Below, piece after piece: positions 34,916 to 46,586 of a stretch of DNA of 64,000 nt. Each line of letters begins with the position of its first letter. Positions within the stretch are counted from its first letter, which is position 1. The DNA is taken from the NCBI GenBank assembly GCA_036172245.1, contig JAYWIR010000014.1:2294001-2358000 (forward strand), in the 5' to 3' direction. The notes under the pieces are model-generated. The model worked only from the letters and a program-made list of their open reading frames with translations, did no database searches and had not been told where the DNA came from. The translations under genes were made by a program, and so were the position numbers. Source of the stretch: Raillietiella orientalis. Its lineage: Eukaryota.

Positions 34916-36049
34916 GATCTCACCAATTCTCCGTGCCTGCTGTAGCGCCGCTAGTGGAAACGGGCGCGCCGGCAGAGACAGCTAGAGGAAGGTGGCTCTT
35001 CAGGAGCAACCAGGATGAGGCGCTTGGATCGGGGGTGAGAAGGAAGAGGGACGAGTCCCGGTGCGGGACTGCTGCGGACCCAATGGAGAGGCGGCAGCTC
35101 CCGGGAAAGCAACGGGGACTCATCCAACCCTTAGATCCGGAAGGAGCCGAGCGTCGACCGAAGGAGGATTTCCGGTTGCCTCGACCCCAAGTTTTCCCTC
35201 CCCACTCGGGGGCAGACGGTGCACTGCGGTCGCCGACCGATCTGTATCTTGATGATCTCTCCTTGTCTTGCTGACCTCCCCCCTTCCGCTCGAAGAGTGG
35301 CGTCGGTGTCTCCGTTGTCTCGCTGGAAGAGCCCTTCAGAACGACCGCATTGTCGAGCGCTGCGAGAGAGCCACCTCGGAGCGCAGCCAGCACGACCAGA
35401 GTCCTCTCTCTTCCTCCCTATGAGCGCGGGGAAGTGGGAAACGAGGGGGATGAAGGCAGGCAGGGAGAGAATATCCGGCAGGACTCGCGACTGGTTCTAG
35501 AGACGTCGAGCATCCCAGAGGAAATACAGCAACGGAAGGCCTTCGCCTTCCTCTTGAAGTGGCGGGTGTTCAAGTACCCAATGGGTGAGCGCGGCGGACA
35601 CAGAGCGTAAAGGACACGATGGCCAGAACACTGCAGTCATCCGGAAAATAAGGAGAGCACGGAGGTACTGGGAAGGGAGAGTGGGAACCAGTAAAGAACC
35701 AAGCGATCCAGGCAGTGCCTTCTTCCCTCCCCCTTTTCTGAAGAACAGCAGCCAACGCGAACGGAGAAAGAAGAATCAGCCGCTGGAGTTCTCCAGAGAG
35801 GACCGATCCAGAAGATCCCCTCTTCCTTCTCTCTCAGAAGGGACACTCATTCCTCGCTTATCCCCCCCCCCCTCCCTCCCATGGACGGAGTCATGCACGT
35901 TTGTTCCCCCTTTCTTTCTTCCCTTCCCACCCTTTCATATTTTTCTCTTCATTTCCCGGAGGGCGGTGCCAAGGTGCCCCCGAAAACTGGAAGTACTGAT
36001 TAAGGACCAGCAGGAACATCGACGGCGTTTGATCGTCGACCATGACGTC

Positions 36050-36400
36050 GCTGCTGCACCGTCGACACAAGCACATCTGCTCACTTGTGGTCCAGCAGGT
36101 GAATCAGCGTGTGTGACCCCATCCTGAAAGGCTTCCTCTCCCCCCTGAACCGCCGACCACTATTGGAAAAAGCCTACGGAATTCTCCAGGGACATCATCT
36201 GCCCAGCAATTGAGGTACCTTCCGTGTCTCGGGGAAACCTCTATAACAGCTGGTTCCTCCACAAGTAAGAGACCTCAGAGTTGCGGAATCTTCTGAAAGA
36301 AAGTCTGCACCCCCATTCATAAATAAATAAACAAAGTGATACTCCACGGACGGATATTGATCCCCAAATGAGTTCTCTTTGCCGAGACGTCACGGATCAG
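36050..36400 (-). pseudogene. Possible hAT transposase remnant
   Basis: DVSAKRTHLGINIR ... FPRDTEGTSIAGQM ... CACVDGAAA appear in hAT order. Confidence 0.4.
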
Positions 36401-37479
36401 CGTCCACCTGCGGCCGCACTCTCGGTATGACAACCTCCTTCCGTGTCTTCTGCGCTGCAAACATCTGGATTTGTCTCCCGTACCACTAGCATGGACTGTG
36501 TTTCTTCTGTACGATCGAAATAATCAGTCATCGACATTTTTTTTATCTTCAACATCCCCTTCCTTCTCGTTCCTCCTTTTCTCTGACCGCTACCCTCACT
36601 GCCCTCTGGGAGACCCATGCACTCTGGCCACGTCATTCGCCATCTAAATTTTCTCCCTTCCATCGTGGTGTCGGAAGCATGCCGTCCCCTCCATTCCTGC
36701 TGCAGAAGCTAGAAGGAACAAATGGTGGGTGGGAGGGAAAATCGGTAGGGGTCTGCTTGCGCGGTGCGTTTCCGGAAGAAACCATGGGACGAGCTACAGT
36801 TTGGCTCCCTGGGAAGCCATAGGGGTGGACTGCAAGGTGGCAAGGACTGCTGTTCTCAGTGCAGTGCTGAGTCGTGAGACCTCTGAAGAACTCTTCAATC
36901 TTCCAGAGGCTCTCTTTACACGGGGTGCGCCTTCCTCTAGATCGGAGGCTAGCGGATGCTAACCAGAGACGAGTATTTCGAATCATTTGGCGTTGCCAGT
37001 TGGGAAGAGCCGCAATCCATACCCCGATAGGGCGGTGCTTCGTGGCAAAACCATGCCCGAGGAAGGGATAGGGGCAAGAAACACGTCGAACGTCATCTCT
37101 TCTCCCTGTGGCTATCACCCAAGTGCCAGCAGCAACAAGAGGCTATTGACGCCTGGCCACTTCCGTGCCAGTAGTAAGTGGACGACAGCAGACAGCAAGG
37201 GACAGCGATCCGAGATCTCAGCAAGGAGCAGCATGCAACAAATAGAAACAACCGGCAGTCACTAAGGCTATAGCAACGGCGAGTGGCTATCGAAGTCGTG
37301 ATAGCAACGGTAAGCGGCGGCAAGTTCCTCTTGTTAACAACTGGTACTAGTAGTAACACAAGCAGCGTTGGTTGGGAGTAGTGTAGTAAAACTTCTGGCA
37401 GTAATAGTAGTCATCATTCATGGGGCTAGTACTGTTATCCCAGTTGCCGGATGCGGTGGTAATGATGAGCTGTAACCAG

Positions 37480-37760
37480 AGGTGCACCCAGAGGATCTTC
37501 GTCCGCTGCAAACTCTTCCTGTCAGGGGAATTCCTGCAGGACTGAACGAAGAGGTCCCAAAGAGCCGTTGCATCTCTTGCCGCAACGCTGTCGGCCCTAA
37601 GGGCAAACAATGAGAAGTTTCCAACAGGCGAGGTGGGAGTCCTCCTGCGCTATGGCTGGAATCCCAAAACACTGTGACGGCTGGAAGACGAGAGAAAGGT
37701 GCGTGGACCTCTTCCTGCCTTTTAGCGGCGCTCACTCCTGCAAAGATGTCGGATAGACGA
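37480..37760 (-). pseudogene. Possible hAT transposase remnant
   Basis: QEEVHAPFS..AVTVFWDS, then DSVAARDATALWDLF and GIPLT. Weak. Confidence 0.25.
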
Positions 37761-40700
37761 CACCTCACTCGACGGTGAGTCTCAGAGAAGGAATTCCTGC
37801 TCTCAGGGTGATGAGAACAGAGGAAGGGTAAGGAGACCAATATAAGAAGGTCACGGTGGGGAGAGGAGGAGGTTGGAGAAGGAGGTTCCAGCAAGGTCTA
37901 TCCGAAGCATCAAAGGGGAAAGGCGAGGAAAGATGCGACCTCGCTCCTACCCCTTTCCTCTCCTCCCACGGGCTCTCTGAAGCAGCCCCTGCCCGACCGC
38001 CTACCTTCCCATCCCGAGGTTCAAATGCGCAATCGGTGCGATGCTTTTTCCAGAATGGAAGAGAGAATGAAGAGAGCGGACGCTCGGCTTGCTTCGTACC
38101 CAACGAAGCTTCAGACGGGGAAATGGCGTAGGGGACTGAAGGTCCAGGAGGGTGAGGGTCATCTGGGACTCGAGCAGGGTTTGCCCGCGTAGGAGACCGG
38201 CGTCTCTGAGAACCTGCCGACGACTCCATAGGGGTGTTTCGTTTTCTTCCTCTCCACTCTCCTTCCGATCTCCACTCTCCAGTCACTCCTAGGAGGAAAA
38301 GTCCTACCCTTCAGCATCCTCTTTCTACATCCTTTTGCGGGAGGAGAGCGTTGAAGAACGCGCCGTGGCCGTCCAGTCGCTCGAGCTTAAGAGAGGGGTG
38401 CCGCACTTGCGGACAAGCCTGTCCCACCATCGCGCCTCACGCAGGAGATCCTCCACTGCCCGGAGGTGAAGCCAGGAGGAGTAGGCGGTAGCCATGGGAT
38501 TTCCCCTCAGCTAGGAGGGCACTATGCCTTCTTCGTGGAAAGTTCAGGTCATCAGAGAACTGGAGGCATACATCTTGCCGCGTAGAGAAGAGAGACTCCA
38601 GGAGCTTGAAGTAGTCCCGGAAACAGGAAAGTGGGAGAGGGAGGAGGGAAGGCGACTGGAGGACGGAACAGGAACGTTTACCCAGGGAACACCTGAAAGG
38701 AGAGACGCGGCTCTACAGGAGCTTGCAGCCTCCCCAAATTGCCCCTTTCGCTCCTTGAGTTATTCCTAGGGAACTGGTAGAAGAGGAGAGGATGGGAGAG
38801 TGGAGGCGAGGGACATAGAAAGTAGGGGTCAAAGGTCGCCTCTTCGCGTTTCGGAAGGTCTTCTCCTTGGATTCCACACTGATCTCTAGAAGGGGACTTC
38901 TCTCTCTTTTTTTCTGTTTTTTTTTTCTTTGCTGTCCTTCCTTGCTTCTGTTGCGCGGCAACGACGCCTACATAGCTGAAATCGGGGCTGTTCTTCCTTG
39001 TTTTTTTTTTTCTCTTCTGACGTCTTACTCTTCCTCCCTTCCCTGCTCGAGGACAAGGAGTTAGTCGCTTCCACCGGTGAATCCAAAGGCATCCTCCTTC
39101 TAGGACTCAACCTCTCTCCAGAACTCTGAAGCGAGTGGCAGGGGCGGTCTCTCCCACCAAGTCCCCAGGAAGGAAGAGCCCATCAGGAGTCTGCGTTCCG
39201 CGATCCTAACGCCGTCTATCAGCTTCCGGAAGCATGCGCTCATCTCCCATCAAAACCCTGAGGCATCTCAAGAGTGATCTGCCTCTCCTCATCCCCTTTA
39301 CTAAGAGATCGACCAGCCGACCGCCTCGGGCTAGTCGATGCATTCGCCGCCGCCTCCGACCTGGAGATAATTTATCCTCCCTTTTCAGGAGGACCGCTTT
39401 CCACTGCTTGCTCCTCGGATAACCGCGAAACTGCGACCTTCGCAGCTTCGCGAAGGGGAGATCTCGGTAGTCTGCAGCCTCCTTTCTGGACCAAGTCTAC
39501 CTCTTTCCTCCCCCATCTCTTTTTCTCTCTGAATTTTAATGCGCTGGAAAGGTGGAGTTTCTGGAAAGAGGGGGGAAAACTCTCTCGATCCTTCCGCCTT
39601 TGTTCCTGTGGGATTTCCGGGTTGCAAATTTCCTTTCTCGCTCCGATGAACTCCCGAAATTCCCTTTTATCTTCCCCTCGTCTTCTTTTTAAGCTGCTGT
39701 TTTTCTCTCACTTTAAATTTAATTTCCGCGAGTCCCTCGTCTTCTCGAATGTTCCCGGGAAGCTGACGCTTTCGCGGGCGCGCTTCCGCCCTCTTGCTGA
39801 TCACTTGGTAAAGCCTCGCCTCCAGTTCCGGCTGAAAGGGGAATGCCTGGTCCGCCGACCTCCGTCTAACTGACTGTGGGCCCAGAGAGAGGAAGGGAAG
39901 GGACGAGGTGAGCAGTCACAGACTGGAAAGTAAGGGGGATCTCCTGAAGGAACAGGACGCTCTCAAGACCTTCTGGTTCTCGCGACCGCCACACAACGAG
40001 GAGAGTGCCGTCTCCTAGGAAATGCAGGCGAGGAGGCGCCCACATCTTAGCATCCTCAGCCTCTTCCTGAGCCACTCATGTAAACGATGCACTGCGCTAC
40101 CCACAACGCCGGAAGAGGGGCACATTACAGGATGTCCTATCAGAAGAAGCCACGAACCTAAGAGGACGGAGGGATAGAGGCGCTCGGCCTCTGACTGCAT
40201 TGAGAAGACGCGTTCGAGAGAGGATTCTAAAAGGACCCTTCAGAGGCAGGAAACGGACGCGTGGGGACTCTGTCTTGTGACACTTCTTCAAGTGGTCTCT
40301 TCTTCCTGGAAGCAGGGACAGAGAGGGTGCATCAGAAAGCCCGAAATGTCCTCCTCGTTCCGAAAAGGGATTCCGGGAAAGCACGAGGAAAGGCCGGGAG
40401 GAAGGATGACTACCCTCGCACGCCGAGGTTCTGTCCTGCCCTGATTTGCGTCAGCGCGAGCGCAGCAGCGGTCTGCCTCTGAGAGCTGATGCCGCTTTCC
40501 TTGGCTCAAGCCTAGCGCCCGACCATCTGATGACAAACCCATCCTCACATGCCTCCAAGTGGTGCGCCGCGCACAGCTGCAGACGACGACTCCTGTAGTG
40601 GGTCGTTGAAAAGAGGAAAAAAGATTCCTTTTTTCCTTGTGGACATAGAGACTTCCCAGAGGAAAGCCTAGGAGGAGTCCATCTAGGAGCTCCAGAAGCT

Positions 40701-41278
40701 CGACGGTGGGAGCAGTGTGGAGCCACCACCATTCTTCAGAGAACCGCAGAACCCAGCCGCGTGGCATCCACGGGCGGCCAACCGGCGAGAACGGAGTTCT
40801 CGTTGCCCTCTTTCCCATATTCTGTCCGCAGCAGCACGAGGAGAAACTTTCCCCCAGTAGATGTCAGACAGGAAGGCACCGATTCCCTGGAAGTGGAACG
40901 TCCCCCACCGGAATGCCAGCCCGTTGCCACGTTGCTGCGGAACAGACGGGACTCCAGGATTCGCTCCAGGGCTGCCTTTTTCGGATTCGAACAAGGAGGG
41001 GCACGGAGGAGGAAAATAGGGAAGCCATCTTACCTTCCGAAGGGCACGAATGGAAGAGAAAATAACAGGCGTCCTTTGCCAGGGCCTCTGTCCAGTAGAG
41101 AAGAACCAGTAGGGAAGGCGTGCTTGGAGACCAGTGCTCCCCCAGGCATAGGAGGAGTCCTCAGTTTTGAAGAAAGGGGGAGGGGGGGAGAGCGCTCTAG
41201 TGGAAGATCTCGCTGTCAAAAAACACTTCGCAGGAAGGGCTTCCCCGAGGGGATTGCTGCTGCTGCAGCACAGATTTG

Positions 41279-41620
41279 CACCTGGTGACGCCAAGGTGTT
41301 CATTTACAATAATGAAAGAAATCTACAGTTCGCAAAAAAAAACCAGCCGAAATGGCCATTTTCCTATAAAAAATAACAGAATCCAAAAAAAGTTCAAGCG
41401 GAGGGTCCACTGGCACTCTCGGCCGGTTTCCTGAACGTCCAGATCAGGAGGGGGGGGAACAGAAAAAAAAAAAAAAAAAATAAATTGGAGGCCAGGGACA
41501 AGGATCACCGATGAAGCGGAAGGTATGATATGCGGAACAGTCCACTGCCGAGGTGTCCCTAAGAAGGAAGCGAAGAGGAAAACCCGACGAGCAGATGGGC
41601 GATTCTTCCCAGGGACGCCG
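41279..41620 (-). mobile_element. L1/Tx1-like retrotransposon 3' fragment, copy 4
   Basis: Terminal motif CACCTGGTGACGCCAAGGTGTTCATTT. The block ggacaaggatcaccg is shared with copy 1 (about 4288). AHLLVG remnant near 41590-41600. 5' extent unclear. Confidence 0.55.
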
Positions 41621-42289
41621 TCTGCCAGGGCGGAGGAACTGGAGCTTGACGCCATCGCGGCGATGCCGGGAAGGCGAACTCAGTTCAGGCATCCGAGGGA
41701 GAGAGATCCCCACCCTTTGATCCATCTCGATCCTCAGGTTGCCAAGATAGTTAAGCCTCGTTCCAGCACAAGGCGGCAGCAGAAAAATTTGGAAATGCTT
41801 CGTCACTTGGGAGTATCTGGCAATGACAGGGAGAGACCAGACTTCCCCCAGCTGCGACCCGAGGGCGGGGCACTGAGCTAGTACGGACTTTCGGGACTTC
41901 CCTCATATCAGGCAGGCAGGAGTACTCTTTTTCCGGGCTCCAAGCACAGGAAGGGTCCTCTTCCTAGATGATTCTCTGGAGCGACGATAAGGGAACTTTC
42001 CCTGCAGCTCGACCTGATTCCCCATCTTCCAACCAAAAATTGTGCTACGTGTTTGCGTGGGCGGCGCGCGCGGGAAGGAGTCGAAGGGCTTTCCGTGCTT
42101 TCCCGACGGCATCTGCTCCTGTTTCCTGAATTCCAGTTTCTTCTTCGCGGACTTTCCTCTAGTGAAGGGAGGCAGGGAGAAGAAAAACCGCGGCCTCCAA
42201 GAGATTTTGAGTCCTCCCGCTTTTGAAACCATAGCGTTCCTTTCTTTCCAGCCCTGGAATCTGCTCTCTCCTCTCGAGCTCGCAATTTT

Positions 42290-43232
42290 CGCCTAAGGCA
42301 TCCTTTGGCAGCAGTGGCATTTCGAAAGACGGACACTGGCAGTCCAGAAGATTCCTTCCGGCACCTTTCCCCACGGGAAGCAAGAGCCAGCAACCTTTCG
42401 GCAAAGTGGGAGGTGACGTGCATCATAGACAACCGGAAAAAACATCTGGATACGTAGACAACTCGGGAGCTTACAGATGCTGCCACCCGAGTGTCCCTCC
42501 AAAAGGACTGCTATGCTGGAGAGAGCTATTACGAATTCCTCCGGAGGAGGTGCAGCTCTCCCCATAAAGTAGCAGGATTCGGCGATCCTTCTGTTGAATT
42601 GAGGCCTCCCTTGCAATGCCCACCCACACTGCTGGACCTAGGGAAGTGCGAGCCCCGATTGCAGCAGGTGCGGCGAAAGAGAGCCACTCTCTCACCAGCT
42701 CGTGGATCGTGTTGTCCTCCTCCCTTTGTGAGAACGTTTTGCCGCGTCCCTGCGGAACCCCGGGGGCAACCCCAGAGACCATCTGAAGCGTCACCTCCAG
42801 CGCGACGCCCTCATGCCGGCCGCATCCCTAGCGGCTTGTGCTGCCTACGCGGGATCGTAGATGCATGGGCAGCGAAAGAGAAGGTCAGGACGGCAGGGGC
42901 GTCATCTATTTTGCTGTCCTCTTCATGAAGATAGCGCGTCAAGATGGTCCCATCTGGGAACCTCAGGAACTTACCGGCATCCTGCATAGGATGAGGAGGG
43001 CACCCTCCAGCACCCGGTGATCCCTTCCAGGACCCTCCCAATTCTTTGTATATATTTTTTGTTTGTTTGTTTCCCCTCTCCCTCTGCTGCTGAGGAGAAC
43101 CTCGCCGGCCTGCGTACGTGTTCTCGGCAGGTTCCTTTTTGTATATATATGTAACGTTGCGGGACCAAGTGTCCTGCCACTGACCTCTATGTTCATTTTT
43201 TATATAGATAAACTCCCCGGCGCAACCAGGTG
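42290..43232 (+). mobile_element. L1/Tx1-like retrotransposon 3' fragment, copy 5 (+ strand)
   Basis: Translation K*QDSAILLLN*GLPCNAHPHCWT*GSASPDCSRCGEREPLSHQLVD aligns with copy 6. T-rich 3'UTR and ATAAA plus terminal motif at 43208-43232. Confidence 0.8.
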
Positions 43233-46200
43233 TCAATTGATCACTTTTCCTTCCTATCGCCTCACCAGCAGGACCTCAGGCATTTGAGAGCAGGACCCGA
43301 CCGCCCGGTCCCGCTCTGTAGTAGGTCGGTAGGGCTCTCCGTTCACTCTACCCTTCGTCCTCCCTCAGGCGCTGGACGATCCCCTGAAGCCTTCATGAAG
43401 CTCATATGACCCTTCCGGAACCGGCATCGCGTGCGTTCCCTCTTTTCTGCACAAGAAGCTTCGGTGTGACCGGATCTGACTGCCAGGGTTTTCCTGGATG
43501 CTTCTGCAAGAGGGCGGAGATCGCGGAGATCGCTAAGGGGGCCATGGTCGCGGACTGTCTTCTTTCCCACCACCGCATGGTTTTCCTGAGCTGAGTAGAC
43601 CCCCTGCCCTCACTGAACTTTGGAGTTCTAGCCCGACCTCTCCCTGGCACTGCACGAAAGTGCCTCCTCTCTTCATCTGCGACAAAAATCTTCGGAAGTT
43701 CCTCATGGGAGTCCAGGGAACCCCAGCGACCGCCCTCCTGCTCTCCTACCATCCTGGGAATCGCTCGCAATTTCGAAGGTGGCTGTGGATGAACGGAAGA
43801 TAGTGAGAGTGGAAAGAGACGGAACCTCCCGTCTCTCTAGAAATCTACGACCTCGGAAAGGACCAAAAGGCCAGGACCGAAAGCCCTCGATCGTCTCGTT
43901 CCCCGGGACGGAAAGACCTTCCGCGCCTCTCCTGCTGTTTCTCTTCGTGCTTGCCGGGAAGAAGAGGTCGAAGTGCGTTTGTCGTTCAGGAAAAGATCCA
44001 GCTCAAGAGGACCGGCGGGGTGACCTCCTGATCCTTGGGGTTGGTCCAGTGTCCTGCTTGCTCGCAGGCGTGAGCTGGGTGTAACCTCTCCCGGACGGAA
44101 ATTCTCGAGCAGCGCTGTCCTGGGCCGGCCTCCGGCTGCCGGAGAGGAAACTGAAGAAAGGATGAGCTTCCGCTCCAGCCTCCCCGTCTGTCTAGGAGTC
44201 GAGTGACACCCCCCGTTCGACGGGCGAGCTTCCTGCCGAAGAACCGGAGCAGAACCATTTGAGTGTGAAAACGTGGGTACGAACTCCCTTCTTCCCCCTG
44301 CGAGAGCTTTCTCGGGATATTGCCTGGGGAACCAGTGGGGCAGGGAAAACAAAGAACCCGTCATCTTGGGCCAGACCGCGGTTAGAAGCACTCCGCCGAC
44401 GCGACGCAGTAGCAGAGCGGAGGAGTCCGCGAAGACGACGGGAACCAGGCCGCCGCCTGTCCCTTTCACGTGCAGCGGCCCACGCTTCCTGTTCCAAAGA
44501 GAATTCTTCCGCCTACCGGAAGAAGGGGAGAGAAAAGGAGGGGGGGAAAAAGGAACAGCCCGACTCCCGGATGCTCTGGAACCGATTTTCCAGCTGAGGG
44601 AGCGCCGCTTCCACTTGGTTCCCTCAGGTGCAGGGCGCATGGAATATTCTTCGTCCACGGGGAGGTGCGGTGGGTGCCCTGGAAGAAAACAAGCTCCCAG
44701 GAAGCGGGAGGGAGGACGCTCACGATGCCTTACCAGAGGGACAAGGGGAAGAAGACACTTTTTATTCTCCTTGCTTTGCTAGCGTGCGAGGGGAAGGAAA
44801 GAAGGGGATAACCGGCGAAGAGCACGATGAAATGGTGAACAATTAGGAGGAGAGCATGAGGAAGGGATGGAGAGATGAAGAAAGAGGAAACTCCGCTCCT
44901 TCCTGTGCTGCCGAGTCCTTGCCACGGACATCCTCTTCTCTTAACCACCAGGTAGGTTGTGGACTTTGAGGCGTCCTCGGATGAGGAGGACGGAAAAGGG
45001 GAGGGAAGGAGGCCTTGGTACCAAGCGCCTTCCCTCCTGGAGTGAGCTCCAGAGGGCAAACCGCTCTTGCGCCTCCGGAGACGAGGGCAACGAGCACGTT
45101 GGAGAGCACTTGGAGGAAGTGACTGGATGGCAGAACATCCTCTTTCCCCCCCTCCCCCTCCCTAGCCCCTCACCCAGAAAAGGTGCTATCCTGGATTTGC
45201 TTTGAGCATTTCTTCAGCGTCTGGATCTGGGATCCCGCTGGATGCAGATTGGAGGCTCCCTGCTGGAAAGATACAAGGAGTCCTGCTGCCCCTTTACTCA
45301 AAGCGGCCCGCGCTCTCTTTCGTTCCTGAGGCCTCCCTTCTGGCACTCCGTGCCTCCGTCTGTCGATCAGTCCTGGTCGCAGTCCTTCTTTCTGTTCCAA
45401 AGGACACGCCGTGGAAGATCGGAAGAGGATCAGAGAAAGGAGTCGATCACGACATCTCCCCTGAACCCGCATTCCCTCCAGGAAAGTGAAGCGCCGCCAC
45501 CCTGTCTCCATGGAGGCCCCGATCGCTCTCTTCGGAAGGTTGTGCCGTCAACCGTCACCGCCTGCCAGAGCTAGATCTCCAGAGTAGCAGAAAGCAAAGC
45601 GGAGGGTTGAATGACAGTGGCGGGAGGCTCAAAGCCTGCTTCCTCATCTTGCCCGAGGTCCCAACGCTCCGGAGAGAGATGGATAGATCTCGCTTGCGGT
45701 TCTTTGGAGACGCATGCGCGGCTGCAGGGCTGGGAAGGCACATTCTGTGGCAGAAGAAGTCGCGAGCGAGGAGACCGGAGCATGCCGGGCAGAACCCACC
45801 TCCCTCTTCCTGAATGTGTTGAAAAATGGAAGATCTCTCTCCTTCCAGTGTCGCAGGCGGCAAGGGATCCGAGCGGTGCACTGAATCACTCCAGCAGCAT
45901 CCCTATTCCCTTTCTCGACCATCATCCAAGCGGTCCACTTTCCTCTTCCTGACCGCGTTAGGAAAGGAGAGTTCCCTTCCCTGAGGAAGGCATCCTGAGC
46001 AGGCCGCTGTCCGCAGTAAGCTCCCTTTGGAGTCCCTCCTCGGGAAGCAGCTCTGTCCTCGGATCCGAGAAGAGAAGCGTGCGTTCCTCCTGGGAGGCGG
46101 AATCTAGCAGGCGAGGAGGAACGAAAGAAGGATGCAGGATCACAGCCGACGAAAGGAGTGGGGAACGAGAGCGGCGCAGTTGCCGCGGAGACGGAGTCGA

Positions 46201-46250
46201 AACTGGCGAGACAGTGAGTGAATGGAGTGGATCATGAGGGGTCCCATAGG

Positions 46251-46586
46251 TTGGGTCCATCGAATGGGAGACTGTGTTTCCGGGACCCCGAGGACGAGAA
46301 GCTGCTCCCTAAAATCCCGGAAGCGAGCTGCGGGCCCGCTCCTGGCCGCACTCCTCCTTTCTGTTCCAGAAGGCACACCTCTGGAGCAGTCGCGTCAGAC
46401 AGCGGAATCGGAAACCATCTGCCCGCAGGGAATTTCGTGTGTCCTGCGGCGGAGTGTGTGCGAGATGAAATTTCATCCCGCCGGAAGACGACTGGCTCTT
46501 ATTTTCCTCCATCTCTGCGACCGATGGTGCGGCGGAAGCTCGGACCCATTTCTTCTCGTTCGGCGCTAGTTTTTCTCTCGAGAGAG
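46251..46586 (+). repeat. Dispersed repeat, copy A (inverted partner at 59065-59389)
   Basis: About 330 bp of colinear similarity to the reverse complement of 59065-59389, e.g. gaatgggag..gtgtttccgg..cccgaggacgagaagctgctccct. Confidence 0.9.

Noticed and set aside
37120..37420. Degenerate AGC/AGT trinucleotide tract as a poly-Q/S exon
   Set aside because: Interrupted by stops with no convincing splice sites; treated as an aged microsatellite.
44580..44690. Minus-strand EGTKWKRRSLSWKI resembling a matrix metalloproteinase N-terminal strand
   Set aside because: No PRCG cysteine switch, HExxHxxGxxH motif or further MMP exons found.
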